Shown one piece after another: positions 1 to 10,030 of a stretch of 64,000 nucleotides of DNA; position 1 is the first letter of the stretch, and the number at the start of each line of letters is the position of its first letter. The translations under genes and the position numbers were made by a program. The DNA is from a candidate division WOR-3 bacterium (lineage in GTDB: Bacteria; Hydrothermota; Tepidihabitantia; Tepidihabitantales; Tepidihabitantaceae): NCBI GenBank assembly GCA_965648905.1, contig CBFGIT010000015.1:10846-74845 (forward strand). The letters are read 5' to 3'. The notes under the pieces are model-generated. The model ran no database searches and was not told the origin of the DNA. It worked only from the letters and a program-made list of their open reading frames with translations.

Positions 1-1449
1 ACGCTGTTACGCTGCGCATTCGTCTCCAACCCGCTGGACAACTTCGGCGGCCGGGTAGAGAAGCTCGACTGGGACGGCAGACTGGTCTGGGCTTACGACT
101 ACGCTGACAGTCACCATGTTCAGCATCACGATGCCATCGGTCTTCCCAACGGCAACGTGTTGCTGCTCGCGCGTGAACTGAAGACACGGAGTGAGGTCGA
201 GGCCGCCGGGCGTGACCCCGAGCGGCTCATCGAGAGCCGACTCCTCCCTGACTATCTGGTAGAGGTAGACCCGGCAACCGACAGCATTGTCTGGGAATGG
301 CACGTGTGGGATCATCTGGTTCAGGACTTCGATTCTACCAAGGCCAACTACGGCGATGTCGCGGCGCATCCGGAACTGGTTGACGTCAACTACCTCGGGC
401 TTGGCGGGCGGTATGGTATCGCTGATTGGAACCACTCCAACTCACTTGACTACAACCCACGACTTGACCAGATTCTTGTCAGCGTCCGCAACTTCAGCGA
501 AGTCTGGGTGATTGACCACAGTACGACGACCGAGCAGGCGCGTGGCCACACTGGCGGCAGGCTGGGCATGGGTGGTGACATCGTCTACCGCTGGGGCAAT
601 CCCCAGGCATACCGGGCCGGGGACAGCGCGAGCCAGGTCCTCTACGGCCAGCACAACGCGCGCTGGATTGAGCCCGGGCTGCCCGGTGCCGGTCACATTC
701 TGGTCTTCAACAACGGTTACGGCCGGAGCGGCGAGGAGTACTCGACAGTTGACGAGTTCATACCTGAATCTGACAGCGCCGGTCGCTACCCTCGTCCGGC
801 ACGCGGACAGTCATACGGACCGAGTTCCTGTCACTGGCGCTACGGCGCTACGCCGGCACGATCGTTCTACTCGCCCTATATCAGCGGCGCGCAGCGCCTG
901 GCCAGTGGTAATACGCTGGTCTGCAACGGGGGAGAGGGCCTTTTCTTCGAGGCGACGCCAGATAGTCAGGTCGTCTGGACGTACGTTAACCCTTGGACCG
1001 TTGACCGGGCCCGCTACCAGGGGAGCAGAGGCCCAGGCGACGATGTATTCCGGGTCAGCTTCTATCCGCCCGGGTATTCCGGCTTTGCTGGTCGTGACCT
1101 GAAGCCTGGCTATCCCTTGGAGCGTTATCTCACTCCTGCGCTTGCGGGTCTGACCGACCGTCTGCTTCCCACGAGTGCGGCACACACCCTCAGCGCTGCG
1201 CCCAACCCGTTCCGGACCGCGACGAACATCGGCTGCGCATCGAACGGCAGTGGTGGCATTCGGCTTCAGTTGCTTGACGCTCTCGGTCGGGTGGTGCGTA
1301 CGCTCAGCTCGCAGAGTTCAGGTTCGGACCGGACGAACGTGTCTTGGGACGGCACCGACGACCGCGGGCAACCAGTAGGCTGTGGCGTTTACTACTGCCG
1401 GACAGCCGGGCAGTCCGCGACACCACTCGTGCTCGTCAAGCTGGAATGA
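1..1449 (+). CDS. Arylsulfate sulfotransferase (ASST)-like secreted protein with C-terminal FlgD/T9SS-like sorting domain; 5'-partial
   Basis: Frame is open from base 1. Motifs DWNHSNS, GQHNA, SGAQRL.SGNTL are typical of ASST beta-propellers. C-terminus APNPF...LLDALGRVVRTL...WDGTDD.G...GVYY. Confidence 0.8.
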   Translation, partial: TLLRCAFVSNPLDNFGGRVEKLDWDGRLVWAYDYADSHHVQHHDAIGLPNGNVLLLARELKTRSEVEAAGRDPERLIESRLLPDYLVEVDPATDSIVWEWHVWDHLVQDFDSTKANYGDVAAHPELVDVNYLGLGGRYGIADWNHSNSLDYNPRLDQILVSVRNFSEVWVIDHSTTTEQARGHTGGRLGMGGDIVYRWGNPQAYRAGDSASQVLYGQHNARWIEPGLPGAGHILVFNNGYGRSGEEYSTVDEFIPESDSAGRYPRPARGQSYGPSSCHWRYGATPARSFYSPYISGAQRLASGNTLVCNGGEGLFFEATPDSQVVWTYVNPWTVDRARYQGSRGPGDDVFRVSFYPPGYSGFAGRDLKPGYPLERYLTPALAGLTDRLLPTSAAHTLSAAPNPFRTATNIGCASNGSGGIRLQLLDALGRVVRTLSSQSSGSDRTNVSWDGTDDRGQPVGCGVYYCRTAGQSATPLVLVKLE

Positions 1450-2864
1450 CTACTACCAGCATGAGGAGCACGGTTAGTTCCTGTCTGGTGGCCGTTCTTT
1501 TGCTCGTTGCCGGCGCTGCGGCGCAGCCGTCCTTTGAGAAGCGCTGGCATTGGTCCTCGGCTGACTTAGGCCGGTCGGTCGCTCAGACGGCGGCCGGAGG
1601 GTATCTTGTCAGTGCCGAGACCTGGTCGGCGGTTGACGGGTTTGGGATGCTCGTTGCCTGTGCCGACTGCCTGGGCGACACTGTCTGGGTTCGACGTGTC
1701 AATGGCATGGCGACCGGTTCGGGTTATGCCTGCCTGAGTCAGGGTAACGACGTGGTGCTTGCCGGCAGGGATTCCTCCAGTCGTGTTGCTGTCTACGCCT
1801 TCAACTCATCCGGTGAGTCGGTCTGGTCGTACACCTCGCTCTGGCGGGGACAGGTATCTGCGGTTGTGCCAACGGCCGATTCGGGATGCCTGATTGTCGG
1901 TCGGATTCCAGATTCGATGTACAGCTTTGGCGCAATCAGGCTCGACGCTCGAGGACATGAGCGATGGGCACGTTGTTATCCAGCTTCGGGCACCTATGAG
2001 ACACGGGCACGGTGCGCGGCCCAGGACCTCGATTCCGGTTTCGTCATCTGCGGCGATGGTTACGGCTATGAGTTTTCGTATGCCCGAATCGTCCGCGTTA
2101 CTGCGGATGGTGAGCTTGTCTGGAGCCGACTGCACCGTGGTCAAACCGGCATCGCTCTGAATTCGGTCGCGGTTCTTCCGGGGCAAGGATACGTTGCGCT
2201 CGGCACGGACCTGGATACGTTGGCACGACAGAGGGCTCTGCTGATCATGAGTCTGGATACGATGGGTATGGTCGTGGCGGGTCGCCACCTCGTTCCTCAG
2301 GCCCCTGACGTTAGCGCGACTGCATTGCGTCGGGTCGGCAACAGCTTCATACTTGCTGCGGCACTCGATTGGCCCGACTCAGCAAGAACATGGTTGGTCA
2401 AGACAGATGCCGCCGGTGATACACTGTGGTGTCGAACCCTCGGCCGGGCGAACCGGGAGACGCCGTCTGACATGATTCAGAGTGACGATTTCGGCTATGC
2501 CGTTGTCGGTTCTTCCGACTCGTTCGGCAGCAGCGTATTTCTATTCAAGACCGATTCGCTCGGACGAACGGCGACGGGCATTCCGGTGACGACTCAGCCA
2601 GCCCTGAATCGGGTGCGCCTCGTGGTCAGACCTAACCCCGCGGCTGGTCGCGCGTTCGCTACGTTCAGTCTGCCGGGACAGGGTTCAATTCTCGCGCGGC
2701 TCTATGACGTGGCTGGCAAGGCTGTCTGGACCCGGAGCGAGCAGGCAGATGAAGCTGAACCTGCCTGCCTCGGACTCGACCTTGACGGCCTGGCGGCAGG
2801 AACGTATCTGCTTCGTGTTCAGCGCGGTCGGTCTTCGATTTCCGGCCGCTTCGTTGTTCGGTAA
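1446..2864 (+). CDS. Secreted beta-propeller-like protein with T9SS type A-like C-terminal domain
   Basis: ATGA overlap with upstream stop (alternative start 1461). Signal peptide; repeated 'L.KTD..GDTLW' blades; C-terminal RPNP...LYDVAGK...LAAGTYLLR. Confidence 0.7.
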   Translation: MTTTSMRSTVSSCLVAVLLLVAGAAAQPSFEKRWHWSSADLGRSVAQTAAGGYLVSAETWSAVDGFGMLVACADCLGDTVWVRRVNGMATGSGYACLSQGNDVVLAGRDSSSRVAVYAFNSSGESVWSYTSLWRGQVSAVVPTADSGCLIVGRIPDSMYSFGAIRLDARGHERWARCYPASGTYETRARCAAQDLDSGFVICGDGYGYEFSYARIVRVTADGELVWSRLHRGQTGIALNSVAVLPGQGYVALGTDLDTLARQRALLIMSLDTMGMVVAGRHLVPQAPDVSATALRRVGNSFILAAALDWPDSARTWLVKTDAAGDTLWCRTLGRANRETPSDMIQSDDFGYAVVGSSDSFGSSVFLFKTDSLGRTATGIPVTTQPALNRVRLVVRPNPAAGRAFATFSLPGQGSILARLYDVAGKAVWTRSEQADEAEPACLGLDLDGLAAGTYLLRVQRGRSSISGRFVVR

Positions 2865-3106
2865 GCTGATTCGGTCGTCCGTCGCAGTTGTGCATGTGCC
2901 CGTTCTCTGTTAGAATTAGATATCGCGTTCACTGAGAACCGGGTTCTTCTCACCCCGGCCGTTCTGGCCGCGCTGCCGCTATCAACTGCGCAACAAGCAC
3001 ATCTTCCTGACAGACGTTCACTGGGTTCCGACCGGCTCAGTGGTGTCCGGATTGTCCGGACGTGCGCGACCGCCATCCCGAGAGCTTCTCCTACGGAGGG
3101 CATTCC

Positions 3107-6100
3107 ATGAAGAGCAACTCTCTATTCACCGTCCTATGTGTATCGCTCAGTCTGGTCGTGAGCACCCAGGCAATGCCGCCGGCACCGGGCGTCGAAATCA
3201 CCCAGGCCGAACTGGACGAGCGGGTTCGGCTGGGCATCGACGTTGCGCAGCGACCCGTGCGCAGTGCGGGCACACGAGGCATCGTGAACCGGCCCGGCGA
3301 TGTGACGCCGCTGGTGGTCGGCACCATACCATTCCCGGTTGTTGCCATCAAGTACCCTGACTTCGCCAATACGTACTCGGTGGCCAACTTCCAGAGCATG
3401 CTCTTCGGTACGTGGCCTTCGGGCTCGGCCCGAGACTACTATCACGAGGTTTCCTATAACCAGTTTCACATGACCGGCACGGTTGTCGGGTGGTACACGG
3501 CGGCGAACAACAAAGCGTACTACGGTTACTCCAACGGCTGGACGCGTGCGGCCATGCTGGTCAAAGAAGCGGCCGCGGCATCGGACTCGGCCGTAGACTA
3601 CTCAATCTACGACATCGACGGCGACGGGTACGTCGATGCGTTCACCTGCATCCACGCCGGTTATGGTACTGAGGAATCAGGCAGCGGGTCGGACATCTGG
3701 TCACACGCGTGGAGTTTTTCCGATGCGGGCATCGGTGTCTATACGACCAACGACCCGCGGCCAGGCTATCCGGGCCAGTACATCAAGATCGATGACTACA
3801 CCACTGACCCGGAACGGAGTAACTATTCGAACAACGGGACGATGGTTGGCATCGGTGTTTACTGCCATGAATGGGGTCATGCGCTCGGCCTGCCTGACCT
3901 TTACGATACCGACGGCGGCGGCGAGGGTTTGGGCAACTGGACCCTGATGGCTGGCGGTTCGTGGGGCGGCAATGGCAGCACGCCCTACTATCCGGTGCAT
4001 CTTGACCCATGGTGCAAGATGGAGCTCGGATGGCTGTGTCCGACCGCGGCGCGTTCGCGGAGTCTGTACTCGATTCCCAATATCGAAAACAGCGCCAAGG
4101 CGTACTGGCTCATGGCGCGCGAACGGACGTTCAAGGAGTACTTCCTGGTCGAGAACCGACGCAAGACCAGGTTCGACACTCTGCTGTATAACTCCGGTTT
4201 GCTTGTCTACCACATTGATGACTCGGTGATTGCCCGGCGCCGGGGCAGCAACGCCGTGAACAACGGCGGTTCGGGCTGGAAGTACGGCGTGGCGCTGGAA
4301 CAGGCTGACGGTCAGGACCACCTGTTCAACGGCACCAACCGGGGTGATGCCAACGACCCGTGGCCGGGCGGGTTGGGCCGGACAACTTTCGACTCAACCT
4401 CGACAACGCCCAACTCACGAACCAACTACCCCAGCTCGGCTACGCTTATCACTGGTTGTCTGGCCAAGAACATCCCAGCTTCGGCACCGACTGTGCAGTG
4501 CACGCTCGGCTCCGGTCTTGTCGGTGCGTTCACCGGCGGACCGGACAGTCGTGGCTACTCGTGGATCGACTCAGACACTACCGGCGGGCCGAACTACAAC
4601 TGGGTCGATATTACCAGCACCGGCACCCTGCTCGGGAACGGCGACGACGCCCGGTGGTCCATCTCACTGCCTTACACGTTCCGCTACTACAACGCCAACT
4701 ATGCGACGGTCTGGGTTTCGACCAACGGCTGGCTTTCCTTTGGCTCTGATCCGGGAACCAACGCACCGACAAACACCGCGATTCCAGCCTCGGCTGCTCC
4801 GAATCGAGCGGTGTACGTCTTCTGGGACGACCTGAATCTGGTGTCGAGTGACTCAGGGTACGTCTACTACCAGCACGGTGGCACCTCACCTAACTGCTCA
4901 ACCGTGATCATGTGGAAGAATGCGCGGGTCAAGGGCAGCGTGACCTACAACCAGGCGACGTTTGCCGCGGTGCTCTATGAAGGCGGGCGGATTGTGCTGC
5001 GCTACCGCGACGCGGCGGTGACCGATACCAGCTACACGTGGGGGCGCTCAGCCACGGTCGGCATCGAGGACGAGAACGGCACGGTCGGATTGCAGTACAT
5101 CTACAACGGTACGCCCAAGGGCAACCTGCTGGCCAATGAGCGGGCGGTACAGTTTGCCCAGTCCGGTGCCACGGTGCGCGACGTGGGCGCAACCACTGTG
5201 GTCGCACCGGCAGGAACAATCGACTCGGGTACGACGGTGACCCCGTCCTGCACGGTCTACAACTACGGTACGACCACCGAGTCCTATAGCGTCCGTTGCC
5301 GCGTCGGTTCATTCTACAACCAGACCGCCTCGGTCACGAACCATGCGCCGGGCGTCAAGCTCTACGTTACCTTCCCGGCCTATTCGACGTGGCCGCGTGG
5401 TACGTTCTCAGTGACCTGTTCGACCGAGCTTGGTGCTGACGCCACGCCGAGTAACGACAAGGCATCCGGCAGCGTCACGGTGCGGGTGCTTGATGCGCAG
5501 GCTCTTGCCATCACCGCGCCGACCGGTACGGTCGATTCCGGCAGTGTGGTCGTACCGCAGGCGAGCGTACGCAACAATGGCACTGCTGCGGCGACATTCA
5601 ATGTCCGGTTCGAAATCCAGGGCGGGTACTCGAACACGCAGACCGTGACGAACCTCGCCTCCGGCGCCACGACCACGCTTACGTTCGCGAACTGGACCGC
5701 GACTCAGCGCGGGTCGCTGGCCACGCGCTGCACAACCATGCTTCCGGGCGACATCGTGCCAGCCAACAACCTTGTGACCGGCTCGGTCACGGTGCGGGTG
5801 CGAGACGTCGGCGCGACGCGGGTCATTGCGCCATCCGGCACCATTGACTCCGGCACAGTGGTGACGCCTTCCTGCTCGGTCTACAACTACGGCTCGACCA
5901 CCGAGTCTTATAACGTGCGGTGCAAGGTCAGCAGTTTCTACAACCAGACTGCCAATGTCACCAACCACACATCGGGGACAAGGGTCTATGTAACCTTCCC
6001 CAGTTGGACCGCACTCCAACGCGGCACGCACCTGGTCTCTTGCTCGACCGAACTCACCGGCGATGCGGTCCAGGCCAACGACAAGGCCTCGGGTTCGGTC

Positions 6101-9100
6101 ACGGTACGGGTAGCTGATGTCGGTTGCCAAACCCTACTGGCACCGTCCGGTACGGTCGACTCCGGCTCATCGGTGACGCCGACGTGCACTGTGTACAACT
6201 ACGGCTCGGCCTCGGCAACTTATACCGTCCGCATGAGAATAGGCACAGGCTACAACCAGACCACGACTGTGACCAACCACACAGCCGGGACAGCACAGTA
6301 TCTGACTTTTCCGGTCTGGTCTGCCAGCCTGTCGCGCGGCAGTTACGCCGTTTCCTGTTCGACCGAGCTCACCGGCGACATCAACAATGCGAACGACAGA
6401 CGCACGGGCTCGGTAACCGTCGGTGTGGTTGATGCCGCGTCGGTTGCCCTGCTCGCGCCCTCCGGCACGGTGGACTCCGGCACGGTCGTGACCCCGGCCT
6501 GCACTGTGGCCAACTACGGCACCTCAGCCACCAGCTTCAGCGTGCGGATGAAGGTCGGCTCGACCTACAACCAGACCGCAGCAGTCACGAACCTTACACC
6601 GGGTGCCAAGGCATATGTGACTTTCGCCGGTTGGACCGCGACCATGCGCGGTTCGAGCGCTGTCACGTGTTCGACCGAGCTGACCGGTGACCTTGTTCAG
6701 ACCAACAACAAATTGACCGGCTCGGTCACGGTGCGCGTTCGTGATGTCGGCTGCGCCACGCTGGTCTCGCCCGTGGGTGCGATCGACTCCGGCACGGTCG
6801 TTACACCCGCCTGTACGGTCGTAAACCATGGAACCTCGGCCGAGTCCTACACAGTGCGCATGCGCATCGGTACTGGCTACGACCGAACCGCATCGGTCTC
6901 GAGCCACGTACCCGGAGCCAGGGTGTATATTACATTCCCAACCTGGAACGCAGGGCCACGCGGCTCGATTGCGGTCTCCTGTTCGACCCAGCTTTCCTCG
7001 GACATGCAGTCGGCCAATGACCGGCAGACCGGTCAGGTTGATGTGGTGGTGCGTGACGTGGCCTGCACGCAACTGCTTGCACCATCCGGCGTGGTTGATT
7101 CGGGCATGGTCATCACGCCGGCCTGCACCGTGCGCAATCTCGGCACTGCGTCTGAATCCTACACTGTCCGTATGAGAATAGGCGCAGGCTACAACCAGAC
7201 CGCCACGATTGCGAACCACGTGCCGGGTACAGCACGATACGTGACCTTTCCTGACTGGCTCGTTGACCAGCCGCGTGGGATGGTCTTTGTGACCTGCTCG
7301 ACCGAGCTCACAGGCGACATGCAGCCAGCGAACGACCGCCAGACCGGTCAGGTCGAGATTCAGGTGCATGACGTGGGCTGCAGAGTCATCGCCGCACCGG
7401 TCGGTGCTGTCGGTTTCGACTCGGTCGTGGTGCCTGCCTGTACCGTCCGTAACCACGGCTCGCTGAGCGAGACTTATGTCGCCCGCATGCGGATCGGCAC
7501 TACTTACAGCCAACCGGTGACGGTAACGGGTCACCTGCCCGGAACCGACCGTTATGTCACGTTTCCGAGCTGGACCGCGGGGCCGGTCGGCACGGTCGCG
7601 GTTGTCTGTTCCACCGAGATGTCCGGCGACATCGGACCTGCGAACGACCGAGCAACGGATAGCGTGCGCGTATCGGCCCGCGAAGACGCAGGCGTGGTGC
7701 GTATTGACGCGCCCGCTGGCCGACTCGACACCTCAGTCCTGGTCATTCCCTGCGCCACGGTCAGGAACTACGGCCAGTTGCCGGCGAGCTTCGAGGTCTT
7801 TTTCCAGGTCTACTCGGATACGACGGCCATCTACGCCAGCACGCGTCTGATCAGTACGCTTGCGCCTGACTCCTCAATCTCGGTCTTGTTTGATACCCTG
7901 CCCAAGCCACATCTGCCCGGCAGATACGTCGCCTGCTGCTCGACCGCGCTTGCGGGTGACATCAACCCGGCCAACGACGTTCGGTCTGATTCATTCGTCT
8001 TCTCTGCACCGACGCGCACTCCAGGCTGGTCTGTTCGTGCGCCGGTTCCCGGCTCGCCCCCTAGCAAGTCGGTCAAGGGTGGAGCCTGGCTGGCATACGA
8101 CCTTAGCACCGGTCTAGTCTACGCGGCCAAAGGAAACAAGACTGCTGACTTCTATGCCTACAACCCGGTGACAGACTCTTGGCGGCAACTGGCGCCGATT
8201 CCACCGGGCAGGGAAGGCAAGTTGCCCTACCACGGTGCGACCGGTTGCGCTGACGGCAACGGTTCCATCTATGCTACAAAGGGCAACAACTCGCTCGGCT
8301 TCTATCGCTACGACGCCGCCCGGGACTCATGGTACCAACTTGCCGATGTCCCATCGGGCCTGTCGGGCAGAAAGGTCAGAGGCGGCACTGATGTTGTGTT
8401 CGTCTCCAGCACAACCAACGGGTCTGTCTACCTGCTGAAGGGGGGCAAGAACGAGTTTTGTCGCTATGACCCAATTATGGACAGTTGGCAGACACTTCCG
8501 GTTGCGCCGGCTGAGAAGTGGGGCAAGGGTTCATGGCTTGCTTACGTGCCGGGCAGAGCGAATCTTAATATCCGGACTCGGGCTGCAGGCGAGGGACTGG
8601 ACCTCAAGACCCGAATCTGTGAATCAGGAGTTTTCGCTGCTGGTACTATCTATGCGCACCAGGCAAAGTATCACGGCATGTATCCCTTTGACGTTGAGAC
8701 CGGCGTATGGGGCAACGACATCGGCGGGATGCCCCTTGTTGGCCGCTCGGGGAAGTCAAAGGCATCGAAGGATGGCGGTTCAAGCGCAACGCTCGGTTCG
8801 GCCATCTACGCATTCAAAGGCGGCAACACTCAGGAGTTCTGGCACTTTCTGGCGCCAACCGGGCCTTGGACCGAGCTTGAGACCCTGCCGATGACCGCGC
8901 CCGGCGGGACCAAGAGAAAGCGGGTCAAAGCCGGGGCTGACCTTGTCGGATACGGGCCTTGGGACGTCGTTTACGGTCTCAAGGGCAATGCGACCTTCGA
9001 GTTCTGGTGCTACACGCCCGGCACTGTCACTGGTTCTCCAGCCGACGCGTCCGTTTCTGGCATCACGGTATCCGATCTTCGGAGCCTAACAGGCAGGTTC

Positions 9101-9355
9101 GTGCACTTTCAACCTAACCCGCTGCGTTCCGGCCTGATGACAGCTAGTCTATCTGGCTGGACAACTGAGCTTTCTGGTGGCGTGGTTAGTCTGAGCCTTC
9201 ATGACGCCAGTGGCCGGTTGCTGCGGCACACGATGCTCAGCACCCGGCATCCAGCCGTCACGCTCGACCTTCGTGGCCTGGGTTCGGGCGTCTACCTGCT
9301 TAAGGTCGAGACCGGTGGGATGACCATGACGGAAAAGGTGGTTCTACAGCGCTAG
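3107..9355 (+). CDS. M6 family (immune inhibitor A-like) metalloprotease with 9 CARDB/Ig-like repeats, kelch-like propeller and T9SS-like CTD
   Basis: GGAGG RBS before ATG 3107; signal peptide; HEWGHALGLPDLYD zinc motif, LMAGGSW Met-turn, EYFLVENR; nine ~104-aa DVG...AP.G..DSG repeats; KGG/KGNNT kelch-like repeats; CTD with PNP...GVYLL. Confidence 0.88.
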   Translation: MKSNSLFTVLCVSLSLVVSTQAMPPAPGVEITQAELDERVRLGIDVAQRPVRSAGTRGIVNRPGDVTPLVVGTIPFPVVAIKYPDFANTYSVANFQSMLFGTWPSGSARDYYHEVSYNQFHMTGTVVGWYTAANNKAYYGYSNGWTRAAMLVKEAAAASDSAVDYSIYDIDGDGYVDAFTCIHAGYGTEESGSGSDIWSHAWSFSDAGIGVYTTNDPRPGYPGQYIKIDDYTTDPERSNYSNNGTMVGIGVYCHEWGHALGLPDLYDTDGGGEGLGNWTLMAGGSWGGNGSTPYYPVHLDPWCKMELGWLCPTAARSRSLYSIPNIENSAKAYWLMARERTFKEYFLVENRRKTRFDTLLYNSGLLVYHIDDSVIARRRGSNAVNNGGSGWKYGVALEQADGQDHLFNGTNRGDANDPWPGGLGRTTFDSTSTTPNSRTNYPSSATLITGCLAKNIPASAPTVQCTLGSGLVGAFTGGPDSRGYSWIDSDTTGGPNYNWVDITSTGTLLGNGDDARWSISLPYTFRYYNANYATVWVSTNGWLSFGSDPGTNAPTNTAIPASAAPNRAVYVFWDDLNLVSSDSGYVYYQHGGTSPNCSTVIMWKNARVKGSVTYNQATFAAVLYEGGRIVLRYRDAAVTDTSYTWGRSATVGIEDENGTVGLQYIYNGTPKGNLLANERAVQFAQSGATVRDVGATTVVAPAGTIDSGTTVTPSCTVYNYGTTTESYSVRCRVGSFYNQTASVTNHAPGVKLYVTFPAYSTWPRGTFSVTCSTELGADATPSNDKASGSVTVRVLDAQALAITAPTGTVDSGSVVVPQASVRNNGTAAATFNVRFEIQGGYSNTQTVTNLASGATTTLTFANWTATQRGSLATRCTTMLPGDIVPANNLVTGSVTVRVRDVGATRVIAPSGTIDSGTVVTPSCSVYNYGSTTESYNVRCKVSSFYNQTANVTNHTSGTRVYVTFPSWTALQRGTHLVSCSTELTGDAVQANDKASGSVTVRVADVGCQTLLAPSGTVDSGSSVTPTCTVYNYGSASATYTVRMRIGTGYNQTTTVTNHTAGTAQYLTFPVWSASLSRGSYAVSCSTELTGDINNANDRRTGSVTVGVVDAASVALLAPSGTVDSGTVVTPACTVANYGTSATSFSVRMKVGSTYNQTAAVTNLTPGAKAYVTFAGWTATMRGSSAVTCSTELTGDLVQTNNKLTGSVTVRVRDVGCATLVSPVGAIDSGTVVTPACTVVNHGTSAESYTVRMRIGTGYDRTASVSSHVPGARVYITFPTWNAGPRGSIAVSCSTQLSSDMQSANDRQTGQVDVVVRDVACTQLLAPSGVVDSGMVITPACTVRNLGTASESYTVRMRIGAGYNQTATIANHVPGTARYVTFPDWLVDQPRGMVFVTCSTELTGDMQPANDRQTGQVEIQVHDVGCRVIAAPVGAVGFDSVVVPACTVRNHGSLSETYVARMRIGTTYSQPVTVTGHLPGTDRYVTFPSWTAGPVGTVAVVCSTEMSGDIGPANDRATDSVRVSAREDAGVVRIDAPAGRLDTSVLVIPCATVRNYGQLPASFEVFFQVYSDTTAIYASTRLISTLAPDSSISVLFDTLPKPHLPGRYVACCSTALAGDINPANDVRSDSFVFSAPTRTPGWSVRAPVPGSPPSKSVKGGAWLAYDLSTGLVYAAKGNKTADFYAYNPVTDSWRQLAPIPPGREGKLPYHGATGCADGNGSIYATKGNNSLGFYRYDAARDSWYQLADVPSGLSGRKVRGGTDVVFVSSTTNGSVYLLKGGKNEFCRYDPIMDSWQTLPVAPAEKWGKGSWLAYVPGRANLNIRTRAAGEGLDLKTRICESGVFAAGTIYAHQAKYHGMYPFDVETGVWGNDIGGMPLVGRSGKSKASKDGGSSATLGSAIYAFKGGNTQEFWHFLAPTGPWTELETLPMTAPGGTKRKRVKAGADLVGYGPWDVVYGLKGNATFEFWCYTPGTVTGSPADASVSGITVSDLRSLTGRFVHFQPNPLRSGLMTASLSGWTTELSGGVVSLSLHDASGRLLRHTMLSTRHPAVTLDLRGLGSGVYLLKVETGGMTMTEKVVLQR
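5177..8000 (+). repeat. Nine tandem ~312-nt coding repeats (CARDB/Ig-like domains) within the M6 protease
   Basis: Recurring RDVG..APSGT.DSG.VVTP.CTV.NYG...CSTEL.GD...ND motif seen nine times in the translation. Confidence 0.85.
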
Positions 9356-9462
9356 ACTCAGGGCGTTATCCAACACACGCCGCACTTGACCGCGGCCTGA
9401 ATGTGATACACTATATGAATGAGTGACCGTTGGCATCGCACATAAACGGCAGGAGGCATCAG

Positions 9463-9915
9463 ATGCTCAAAGAGTTCCGTGAGTTCATCATGCGCGGCAA
9501 TGTCGTCGACATGGCGGTCGGCATCATTGTCGGCGCAGCGTTCGGAGCAATCGTCCGCTCGTTTGTCGACGATATCATCATGCCGCCGATCGGGCTTGCG
9601 CTCGGCCGGGTGGACTTCAGCAACATGTTCATCGTGCTAAAGGAAGGAGCCAAGGAAGCAGGGCCGTACGCCAGCTTGGCTGCAGCCAAGGCTGCCGGAG
9701 CAACGACGCTCAACTACGGCGCATTCATCAATCTCGTCATCAACTTCCTGATCGTTTCGCTCGCGGTCTTTCTGATGGTTCGGGGTGTAAACCGACTCCG
9801 CCGTCCCCAGCCGGCACCGGCCGCAGTGCCGACGACCAAGGAATGCCCGCGCTGCTTCACGACGATCCCGATCAAGGCGGTGCGCTGCCCGAACTGCACG
9901 TCGGACCTTTCTTAG
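9463..9915 (+). CDS. mscL: Large-conductance mechanosensitive channel with C-terminal Zn-ribbon
   Basis: [28 protein letters not shown] signature; AGGAGG RBS; C-terminal CPRC...CPNC. Confidence 0.95.
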   Translation: MLKEFREFIMRGNVVDMAVGIIVGAAFGAIVRSFVDDIIMPPIGLALGRVDFSNMFIVLKEGAKEAGPYASLAAAKAAGATTLNYGAFINLVINFLIVSLAVFLMVRGVNRLRRPQPAPAAVPTTKECPRCFTTIPIKAVRCPNCTSDLS

Positions 9916-9972
9916 TTCAAGACAGGACCGGTTCTCAAGCGTTGGTGCGTCCGCAGTCATTATTGGCCGTGC

Positions 9973-10001
9973 TTGACCTATCAGCGGCACAGGTCTAGTA
10001 T
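9973..10001 (+). promoter_or_regulatory. Putative sigma70 promoter for the C25 peptidase
   Basis: TTGACC-17 bp-TAGTAT, 30 nt upstream of ATG 10031. Confidence 0.55.
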
Positions 10002-10030
10002 CAGCCACCGTGAAATCCAAAGGAGCTTCC

